Positions 20,519 to 28,529 of a stretch of 64,000 nucleotides of DNA are shown here, one piece after another. The translations under genes were made by a program, and so were the position numbers. How positions within the stretch are numbered: the stretch's first letter is position 1; every line of letters starts with the position of its first letter. The notes under the pieces were generated by a model. That model was not told where the DNA came from, made no database searches, and saw only the letters and a list, made by a program, of their open reading frames with translations. The DNA is from Candidatus Hydrogenedentota bacterium (GTDB taxonomy: Bacteria > Hydrogenedentota > Hydrogenedentia > Hydrogenedentales > SLHB01): contig CAXXYE010000009.1 of assembly GCA_963674865.2 (NCBI GenBank), positions 1,056,001 through 1,120,000 of the forward strand, read 5' to 3'.

Positions 20519-20911
20519 CTACTCGATGTAGCCGAGGTCCGCGAGGCGCTGCCGAATCTGCTCTTCTTCTTCGGGGGAGTAGTCCGTGGATTCGAGGTCG
20601 ACTAGGCCCCGCTCGGCGAGTTGGTCGAGGATCTTCTCGGCGGCGAAGTCCGGTGTGTCGTTCGGGTCGATTGCTACGTCCATGCGCGCGCCCTCCGGCT
20701 CGACACCCTCGCAGGAGGCGATAACGATGACGCCGTTGCGGGCGAGCAGCGCGCATGCGCAAGCCGCCGCGACCGTATTGCCCAAGTGTTCGAGAGCGTC
20801 TGCGTCGATCTGTTCGACGTTCTTGCCCAGCTCGATGAGCCGCGCGCCGAGTACTTTGGCGGTATCGGCGGCTTGCTCGCCCGTCAACCGCAAGGATAGG
20901 CCTTGTCGCAT
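20519..20911 (-). CDS. Degenerate adenylyl-sulfate kinase (CysC)-like small protein lacking P-loop and lid
   Basis: GLSLRLTG, LLARNGVIVIAS and EKILDQLAERG match CysC segments. C-terminal YSPEEEEQIRQRLADLGYIE tail. No GxGKS/T. Confidence 0.65.
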   Translation of the reverse strand: MRQGLSLRLTGEQAADTAKVLGARLIELGKNVEQIDADALEHLGNTVAAACACALLARNGVIVIASCEGVEPEGARMDVAIDPNDTPDFAAEKILDQLAERGLVDLESTDYSPEEEEQIRQRLADLGYIE

Positions 20912-20921
20912 CTCATATCTC

Positions 20922-22313
20922 CTACGTAATGGGGCGTCCCTGCATATCCGGGGGCGTTTCGACGCCGAGGAGTCCCAGAATCGTCGGGGCGACGTCCATC
21001 AGGTTCAACCCCTCCAGTTGGACGCCCTTCTGCCCCGAACGGTTATCCATGATGAAAATGCCGTGATGATCGTGATTGGCGTCATCCGGCCCGGTGTCAT
21101 TCTCGAACGTGTAGATGCTGTTGTAGCCTACGGAGCCCACGGAGCGCCAGTTCAGGTCGCCGAAGTAGACGATGAGGTCCGGTGCGACGCCGTTGACCTT
21201 CCGGTATAGATCCCGCGGCTTGTGTGCCTTGCTTCCCAGGGGCCGGCCTTCATGGTCAGGCATGGCCTCGATGCGGCGGACGAGGTCGTCGCGAAAAGCC
21301 TCGTAATCTTCGGGGCGGACGACGCCCTCAGGCTCGCGCCCCTGCACGTTGATGAAGATGCGGGCATAGTAGCCGCCGGTGCTCCAAGCCTTGGTTTTGG
21401 CCCAGTCGATGCGGCAGTCTTCGATGCGCGTCTGCTTATCCGGGGCATTGTGGAGGGCGAGCAGGCCCTCCTGCATTAGCCATTGATTCACGCAGATCCC
21501 GCCCACCATGGGTTTGGCGCCGTGATCCGATACCACCAGCACCGCGGTGTCGTCGCCCACGCGGCTGACGAGGTCGCCGATTCGCTCATCGACGGCTTGG
21601 TAGAAATCGCGGAAGATGTTTTCATACGGATTGCCCGGCTCGAATTGCGGATGGCGAGGATCGCAAAACCGCCACAATGCGTGATGGAGCCGGTCCATGC
21701 CCATCTCGACGAGCATGAAGAAATCCCACGGCTTGCCGTCCATCAGATGGCGGGCGGCGTCGAACCGGTTATGCATGAGGGCGAAGATCCGCTCGATCAG
21801 CCCATCCTTGTCCTCCGTGCGGAAATCCTTCACGTCGATGATGTAGCGCCCGAGTGCGGCATCGAGTTCCTGTTTGAGCGCCTTGGGATAGGTGAAGTCC
21901 GTCGCCGACTCCGGCGCGAGAAAACCTGACACGAGCCAGCCGTTGACGGGCTTGGGCGGATACGTCTGCGGCACGCCGAGCACCGCCACCTTCTTCCCGG
22001 CGCGTGAGAGGATGTCCCATACGCGCTTCTCCCTTACTGCGGTGGCGTTGGCCGTGAAGAGGGCGTCGTAGGAATGATCTTTGCGGTTCCGGAAGCCGTA
22101 GAAGCCGAGAGCGCCGGGATCCTTGCCCGATGTCATCGCGGCCCATGCAGGAACGGTGATGGGCGGATGGCAACTCCTCAGAGGCCCCCAGCATCCGGCG
22201 TTCATGAGGGCCCGAAGATGCGGCAAGTCAAAATCTTGAGGCCCGAAGACGAACTGGGGCGTGGCGCAATCCAGCCCGATGACTAGGACGCGTCTGATGT
22301 GCGAGGTCCCCAT
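20922..22313 (-). CDS. Alkaline phosphatase superfamily nucleotide pyrophosphatase/phosphodiesterase
   Basis: VIGLDCA, PPITVPAW (Thr nucleophile), DRLHH, VSDHG, DDANH, LMDVAPTIL. Confidence 0.9.
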   Translation of the reverse strand: MGTSHIRRVLVIGLDCATPQFVFGPQDFDLPHLRALMNAGCWGPLRSCHPPITVPAWAAMTSGKDPGALGFYGFRNRKDHSYDALFTANATAVREKRVWDILSRAGKKVAVLGVPQTYPPKPVNGWLVSGFLAPESATDFTYPKALKQELDAALGRYIIDVKDFRTEDKDGLIERIFALMHNRFDAARHLMDGKPWDFFMLVEMGMDRLHHALWRFCDPRHPQFEPGNPYENIFRDFYQAVDERIGDLVSRVGDDTAVLVVSDHGAKPMVGGICVNQWLMQEGLLALHNAPDKQTRIEDCRIDWAKTKAWSTGGYYARIFINVQGREPEGVVRPEDYEAFRDDLVRRIEAMPDHEGRPLGSKAHKPRDLYRKVNGVAPDLIVYFGDLNWRSVGSVGYNSIYTFENDTGPDDANHDHHGIFIMDNRSGQKGVQLEGLNLMDVAPTILGLLGVETPPDMQGRPIT

Positions 22314-22357
22314 CACTGCGCACCCGTCTTCGGATATGAGCACAACACAAGCAACAC
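22313..22357 (-). CDS. Putative 14-aa leader peptide (MLLVLCSYPKTGAQ) coupled to the phosphodiesterase gene
   Basis: AGGAGG (22370-22365) lies 7 nt before GTG 22357. Its TGA overlaps the phosphodiesterase ATG (TGATG). Confidence 0.35.
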   Translation of the reverse strand: MLLVLCSYPKTGAQ

Positions 22358-22697
22358 GATGTAACCTCCTCGAAACGGGTGATTAGTGGCTGGAACGCCG
22401 AACGTCGGGCCGCCTGGAGCGCGCCGCGCGTCGACCAGGCCCTAGTGTACCAAGCCCGCCGCGGCCCGCTCAACCAAAGAACCTGTGCCGGACGCTTTCA
22501 TGTGATGTCGGCCCGGCCCGGTGGTAAGAACAAGTGACGCGGATTGTTGAGCCCCGTGGCGTATCGTCAAGGACCGCGCCGGCCCCTGCGCTTTGGCCCG
22601 GATATTTGTTGACACTATTGGGCAACGGGGCAGTGTTGCGAATACCGTATGGCCACTTAAGCATTTGATGTATCGGCAATTGCGGACGCTTTCTTTA

Positions 22698-22726
22698 TTG
22701 ACAGAACATGCGTTCTATGCTATAAG
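22698..22726 (+). promoter_or_regulatory. sigma70 promoter of the secretion cluster, with a palindromic LexA-like box in the spacer
   Basis: TTGACA (22698-22703), 17-bp spacer ending TGC, then TATAAG (22721-22726). AGAAC-ATGC-GTTCT spans 22703-22716. Confidence 0.75.
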
Positions 22727-22971
22727 GACGGTGACATGTTCTACAGGTTTGAGCGGTTGATCTGTGTGCACGGATCGTAAACAGTCTTGCGCTGTGTCCG
22801 TGTGCAGAGGTACCCTTGTACCACGAGGGGAGACTCGACGGCGGGCGCTGTCTTCACCGAAGGGCGTGCCGCTTCCAGAAGATGTTCGAGCGACCCGGCG
22901 TGACCTGAACCTCTTCAGGATTAGGCCGGTTTGGCCCAGGTAGGTGCTGCTGGTTGCCGGAGGTAGATGAC

Positions 22972-25900
22972 GTGAAAAAGAGAATTACTCTTTGGTGGTG
23001 CGTGGGCTTGGCCGTACTGACGGCGCTGAGTCTCCTGCTTGGGCACTCAATCGGTTCCCAAGACGGCGGCCTCGCTTATGCGAAGGTTCGGACGGAGGCT
23101 CCTCTCGCGTCGACGGCCCAGGCCGACTTGCCTTCCGGGCTCGATGTGTCTGCTGCGGGGGCTCGAGTTGGGGAGATGGCGTTCAAAGACACCCTGTACG
23201 CCTACGCGGCCCAGAAGCAAGGATATGAGGGCGAAGGCGAAGGCGAAGGCGAAGGCGAGGTGTTCGTGGCGAACCTCGATGTCGCTGATGCCATCGACGA
23301 GAATGACCAGGGTGGCTTGGTCCCTTTAATGGATTGGGTGGCCTTGTTTCGCCTGAACCTCTACTATGACTTGGACGAACAGAACCCACAACCGGCGCCG
23401 CGCTATTTGACGCGCCTGGAGTTCACTATAAGGGCCGACGACCGGACCCCGGAGCAGCTCGGCTACGCGAATGTCGGCGGGCCGGAACTGTCCGACTTGC
23501 TCGAGTTCGGACTTTTCACTGACACTTTTGCCGACAGCGCAACCTACGACGGCGTCCTCGACACGGTCTATGATCAACAACTGCTGACTTGGGACCCGGC
23601 GGATCCCGGGCCTTATGGCACCCTCACGTACGGTGGTCCAGGCAACCTTGCCTATACCTTCGATTTCGTGGGCAATGGCACTCCCGGTAATCCCGAGTTT
23701 CCTCTCCCCAACGGGCCACTCGGTGAGACGTATCCGGGCCGGTTCTACTACGTTGCGGTGCGCACATCGGCCACATGGCGCAGCCAGTTGACTTTGTCCT
23801 ACGAAGTAACCAACGTGGAGCAGGCGGAGCAGGGGTCGGGTGTCATATACGCTGAGGAAGATTCCTACAGCCCCAGTTTTCTTGAGGGTGAGACACTCCT
23901 TCCGGGGACGGGCTACAGTTCAAGTTTCGCCGTCTGGGACATTTCTGGGGGCGGCGAGGATGTTCTGGATGCGGGGCGTTTCAACGCCTGGAATTGGCCT
24001 TTCCACTACTATACCCCGACGGCGGAGTACTTCCGACCCCGGTGGGACGTTTCGGGCCAGTTTGTGGATATGGTTGCGGGCGAATGGCTTGAGATGCGGC
24101 GTCTATTCGCCCTGGAGACTTGGGTTCCCGCGGTGGGCATCAATGTTCATAGCGCGCCGTCTCTCCATTTCGTGGGCCTGGACGATACCGACCAGACCGG
24201 CCATGAGATTGAATATCCGCCTAAACAGCCTCAATTACGCGAAGTCAATGCCGTGTTCACGGATATCGGGGGCAATCCTAACGGCACGCCGGGCAATGGA
24301 GGCTTTGAGCCGCGCGACGGCTTCGACCGCTGGACCACCTCTGGTATGGGAGAAGGGGGCGGCCTCCTGGCGCCGAACGTCGCCTATAACGGGGCCTGGG
24401 TGTGGCATGACGGCGGGGGAACCGCCGGTGTCTTTGATCCGCCGACGCCCAACAGTTACGAGAGTGGCGGCGGTATCTCGCTTAACGGAGACACGCCCCT
24501 CGGTGACGACTTCGATCCATTTGTCTCAGGACTTGACGGGCCCTTTATTGACCTCTGGCAATATGAACCGTATCCCGCCTATGGGGGCGATCCCTGGTGG
24601 AAGATCAAGATGCGTTTTGTCGGCTCGGATTCGGACCGCGTCGAGGCGGTTCCGGACATGTTCTGTTCCTTTCCTTCCTCCAGTGAGTATTCGCTGGACT
24701 ATTTCGTTGTCTTCCGTGCGGACAGCGGCTATCAGGATGCGTCAATGTGGCCGGGCGACGGCACCGGCCTAACGCCGGGCGCTGATTTCCGCGTCTTTAT
24801 CGAGCCGCGAAACTACAACGCGGAAACGGGCCATTACGACGGCGGTATCCATGTGGATAGCATGATCCCGGGAGTGGGCAATACCATCCTGAATCTGTCG
24901 GGCGGCAGCGCTTGGCAGGATGACGACCGCTGGGGGAGCGACGAGCCTTGGTGGCCTCAGCGAACCACCGATATTCGCAACACCAAGCCTATGAAGTTCG
25001 GCCTGGAGGTCCATGACCTCGTGTTGACGTATGACACCAACAACTTCGAAGGCAGAGTCACCGGCATCGACTACCGGGATTCCTGGTGCGACGCCAACTA
25101 TTTCGGCTTCAGCGAATCATTCCTAGGCCTGAGCGAATTCGACTCTTGGCTGGATCCGTACGGCTTCTACGTGGATCAGTTTCTCAACGGGCACGGCGCT
25201 ACGACGACCCATTTCGTTTCGGGCGGCGTGGCCACCTTCACTGCCTCCGGTGAAGATGCGTCCATCGAGTTCAGTTACGAAATTGACGATATCCTGCATG
25301 ATTTGCACTTTCCTTTTGAGAGTGTGCCTTTCTACATTTCCGTGCTGGACGATCCGCTATATGGCCCGCGTTCGGTGTATTACCCCTACCCGCCCGCGGC
25401 CCCGACGCTGCCGGAATACGATTCGTGGTTGCCGTTTCAGCCGGAGCCGTCCACGCTGCCTCCCGGGCAGTACCCTCGCCTGAGCGACTGGCCGATCGCG
25501 GATCGGGCAAGCCGCCTGCTGAAACAGCACACGGATGTCCAGAGCACGCCGACCGCTATGCTCGGAATCAACGTCACCGCGGCCAACGACCCCGTCGTCA
25601 ATCGCGTGAATCAGTCCTATCTTGACCGTATCACGGTTGCCTTCTGGGGGCCGGACTTCACGCCTGAGGACCTGATGGACCTTGATCCAACATCCGAGAT
25701 CTCCGGCGTTTCCCTGTGGGAAGATTCCGATGGCCTGGGCGGCGGCGGCCCGACGGCCGGCGTCTTCTTCGGCCGGCCCTTCGAGGACTTCTTCGGCGCG
25801 CCGATCCCCTTTGACGCGGTCGTGCCCTTGGTTGACCTTGAATGGCCGTCCGAACCGGAACGGATCGACCTTGACGGTGATGGCCTTCCCGATGACATGA

Positions 25901-28410
25901 ACGGCGATGGCGTCGTGGATGACCTGGACCGCGCCTGGGTGCTGCGCCTGGCGCTGCAGGATGCGTGGCGCGTCCCTTACGAGGATAGCGACGGCGCATC
26001 CGAGACGAGCATATGCCTTGGATGCGAGGGGACCATCGTTGGTGCATCCGTGAAGTCCGGCGAGGTGGACGATTCCCCTGTAGGCGCGGAGTCGCCCGTG
26101 CAGCATATTGATCTTGCCGGCCTAGCCAGTGCCAAGGCCGCTGCCAAAGTGTTGGACCCGCCCGATTTCAGCGAAGGCGACGACCTATTCATCGCCGTGC
26201 GCACCTCGTCGAATATGTCCCGGTTTGAGCAGTTCCGCGCCGTCATTCCGGCCACGCTGCCCGACCGCTCTAGTGTCTCTGAAAAACAGGCGGGGATCAG
26301 GTTTCTCCCCAAGGCCTACCCTGCCGCGGACTCCTATGTGAAATTCAATCCTGAAGAGGGGGCCGTTCAGGATTACTACTACCACGATATGCTGGAAAGC
26401 AATGTCCCTGTCAGGCTCAAAGACCTGACGAGCCGTTCGCAGCGTATCCAGCCGAAGTCGTCGCCCACGGCGCTGCTCGGCATCGACGCGTCCACCAACC
26501 TGCCTGATAATACTGTCTTGTCAGGTACGGGCGGTGAGGGCGGCGAGGGCTCGTTTGCCCTGAGTCCGGATCCGGGATGGACCGAAGACGCCTTTGCCGG
26601 CCACTGGCTGGTGGATACCACCTTCCGGTCCTTCGCGATTGTCTCGAACGATACCTATTCACTGGCCCTTTCGTTTGGCGAACCGGCCAACACGGGCGCC
26701 TCCACCGATCAGTGGTGGATTGTGAAAAACCCGACCTTTCTCGAGCAGGTGATTGTCGAGTTCTATAATGTTCAAGATGATGACCTAGGCGATAATGAGA
26801 TCGGCGATTTTGATTTCAAGGCCGGCGAAGATCTTCTGCCGCTGGATATCGACCAGAAAAAGAGCGGCGTTGCGCTTTACCGCGATAACGATGCCGACCC
26901 GGACAACCGCAACGGCGTGTTCGATCCGGATATCGATCTGCCTCTGACGCTCGATGCTGCGCCTCTGTTCATCGGCGAACAGGGCGAGCCCGATACGCAG
27001 ATTCTCTTTGTCTTCTCCTCGCCCGGCACGGACAATTGGCCTGAGGCCATGGCGGATCAGCAGAATACGCGCCAATGGGTGCCCGACACATTCGGCCTGT
27101 CCGCCAACGACCCCTTCTATGGCTCGGATTTCTTCGTGGTGGTGCGGACCTCCGACAGCATTGACGAAGGCGACGACTTCCGAGTCGGCCTTGTTTCGTG
27201 GGGCCCCAATACGCCTACCGAGCCCGACCCCGATAGCTTCGTTGTCTTGCCGCCTCCGGAGACGCCGACAAGCGATCTGGCCGAGTTCCTTGAGTTCCCG
27301 TGGGGCTCCCGCGCGCTCGGCTTCATTACCATCTTCCGCGACGAGGATCTGCCGTGCAGCTACTATCTTGAACCGACGGTTCTCGCGGACGGCACCGGCC
27401 GCAAGATGCGCGCTCGGAAAGAACAGGATGCCAGTGGATTCAATTGGGTGCGGAGCTCATCCTCGCGGCATCTGCAGACCAACACCATCACCGCGCAGAA
27501 GGCCAGTGAGACGGAGTCGGAGGTCGTGATTAGTTCGGCCTCCGAATCGGAACTGCCGGCCGTCACCCAGACTGGCGGATTCGACTTCATCATCCGCGGT
27601 TCGGGCTTTGGATCCTCCCCTGAGGTTACGCTGAACGGCATTCCCCTTACCGTGACGACCGTCGTGAGCGGGGCCATCGATGTGACGATTACGGAAGGCA
27701 CTTCGCTCACTGAGCCCGTTGAACTCACGGTGAGAAATCCCGTCACGGGTGGCGAGGCGACTCGGGATGACCTTTTCAGCCTTGGATCCTCGGATCGCGT
27801 GCAGCCTGAGATTAGCTTTGTTTCACCGACTACGGGTATGCAGAGCGATTTCCCCGTGCGGGTGTTCGGCTCGGACTTCAACCAGCTTAGCCTCATCCAA
27901 GTCCTGTTTGGTGATACGGTTATGCCTGTGCTGGCTGTTTCCGGCGATGGAACGGAGATACAAGTCGACTTCCCATCGGGAGGCATGCCGAAGACGGGCG
28001 CGCTTGATGTCACCGTCAGGAATTACAAGTCAGCGGCTATGGGGAGCTACGAGGAAGATGTCCTGCTATCCGGCTTCGCGTACACTAACGCGCCGGAGCG
28101 GCCCTGCTTCATCGCTACCGCGGCCTATGGCACGGCCTTTGAGAGCCGCCTGGATACATTCCGCACATTCAGGGACAATGTCCTTTTGAAGACGGCCGCA
28201 GGTACGGCCCTTGTTGACTTCTACTATCGCATGAGTCCGGATGCGGCGTCCGTCGTGGCCCAGCGGCCTTGGTTGGCGCTGCTTGTACGGCTCGTGCTCA
28301 CGCCGGTTGCTTGGGTGCTTGACCAGCCGTCCCTGCTTTTTGTCGGCTTACTGGCCTTGCTCATGCGCCGGAAATGGTGGCGGCGAGCCGTTGATCTGCC
28401 GCGGCCGTAG
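22972..28410 (+). CDS. Giant (1812 aa) acidic secreted/surface protein with four degenerate internal domains, two IPT/TIG domains and a CFI-box-CTERM anchor
   Basis: GGAGG then GTG 22972. N-terminal hydrophobic signal, EGEGEGEGEGE linker, DLDGDGLPDDMNGDGVVDDLD Ca-type loop, IPT-like IRGSGFGS and VRVFGSDF, then C-terminal CFIATAAYGT...FRDNVLL...FYYRMSP + TM + RRKWWRR. Confidence 0.85.
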   Translation: MKKRITLWWCVGLAVLTALSLLLGHSIGSQDGGLAYAKVRTEAPLASTAQADLPSGLDVSAAGARVGEMAFKDTLYAYAAQKQGYEGEGEGEGEGEVFVANLDVADAIDENDQGGLVPLMDWVALFRLNLYYDLDEQNPQPAPRYLTRLEFTIRADDRTPEQLGYANVGGPELSDLLEFGLFTDTFADSATYDGVLDTVYDQQLLTWDPADPGPYGTLTYGGPGNLAYTFDFVGNGTPGNPEFPLPNGPLGETYPGRFYYVAVRTSATWRSQLTLSYEVTNVEQAEQGSGVIYAEEDSYSPSFLEGETLLPGTGYSSSFAVWDISGGGEDVLDAGRFNAWNWPFHYYTPTAEYFRPRWDVSGQFVDMVAGEWLEMRRLFALETWVPAVGINVHSAPSLHFVGLDDTDQTGHEIEYPPKQPQLREVNAVFTDIGGNPNGTPGNGGFEPRDGFDRWTTSGMGEGGGLLAPNVAYNGAWVWHDGGGTAGVFDPPTPNSYESGGGISLNGDTPLGDDFDPFVSGLDGPFIDLWQYEPYPAYGGDPWWKIKMRFVGSDSDRVEAVPDMFCSFPSSSEYSLDYFVVFRADSGYQDASMWPGDGTGLTPGADFRVFIEPRNYNAETGHYDGGIHVDSMIPGVGNTILNLSGGSAWQDDDRWGSDEPWWPQRTTDIRNTKPMKFGLEVHDLVLTYDTNNFEGRVTGIDYRDSWCDANYFGFSESFLGLSEFDSWLDPYGFYVDQFLNGHGATTTHFVSGGVATFTASGEDASIEFSYEIDDILHDLHFPFESVPFYISVLDDPLYGPRSVYYPYPPAAPTLPEYDSWLPFQPEPSTLPPGQYPRLSDWPIADRASRLLKQHTDVQSTPTAMLGINVTAANDPVVNRVNQSYLDRITVAFWGPDFTPEDLMDLDPTSEISGVSLWEDSDGLGGGGPTAGVFFGRPFEDFFGAPIPFDAVVPLVDLEWPSEPERIDLDGDGLPDDMNGDGVVDDLDRAWVLRLALQDAWRVPYEDSDGASETSICLGCEGTIVGASVKSGEVDDSPVGAESPVQHIDLAGLASAKAAAKVLDPPDFSEGDDLFIAVRTSSNMSRFEQFRAVIPATLPDRSSVSEKQAGIRFLPKAYPAADSYVKFNPEEGAVQDYYYHDMLESNVPVRLKDLTSRSQRIQPKSSPTALLGIDASTNLPDNTVLSGTGGEGGEGSFALSPDPGWTEDAFAGHWLVDTTFRSFAIVSNDTYSLALSFGEPANTGASTDQWWIVKNPTFLEQVIVEFYNVQDDDLGDNEIGDFDFKAGEDLLPLDIDQKKSGVALYRDNDADPDNRNGVFDPDIDLPLTLDAAPLFIGEQGEPDTQILFVFSSPGTDNWPEAMADQQNTRQWVPDTFGLSANDPFYGSDFFVVVRTSDSIDEGDDFRVGLVSWGPNTPTEPDPDSFVVLPPPETPTSDLAEFLEFPWGSRALGFITIFRDEDLPCSYYLEPTVLADGTGRKMRARKEQDASGFNWVRSSSSRHLQTNTITAQKASETESEVVISSASESELPAVTQTGGFDFIIRGSGFGSSPEVTLNGIPLTVTTVVSGAIDVTITEGTSLTEPVELTVRNPVTGGEATRDDLFSLGSSDRVQPEISFVSPTTGMQSDFPVRVFGSDFNQLSLIQVLFGDTVMPVLAVSGDGTEIQVDFPSGGMPKTGALDVTVRNYKSAAMGSYEEDVLLSGFAYTNAPERPCFIATAAYGTAFESRLDTFRTFRDNVLLKTAAGTALVDFYYRMSPDAASVVAQRPWLALLVRLVLTPVAWVLDQPSLLFVGLLALLMRRKWWRRAVDLPRP
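23227..23259 (+). repeat. (GAAGGC)n hexamer tandem repeat encoding a Glu-Gly linker
   Basis: GAGGGC-(GAAGGC)x4-GAG. Confidence 0.9.
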
Positions 28411-28529
28411 GGCGAGGTCGGCCCAAAGCATGCGTGGATGATTGCGCCGCGCGGCCGGTACAGAGCACGTTTTTCTTGACGTGCCGTGGCCGGTTGCCGG
28501 GGCGTTGTAGCGAGAAAGGAGAACGATTC

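Noticed and set aside
22609..22640. Upstream TTGACA as a second promoter
   Set aside because: No acceptable -10 hexamer at 16-18 bp spacing.
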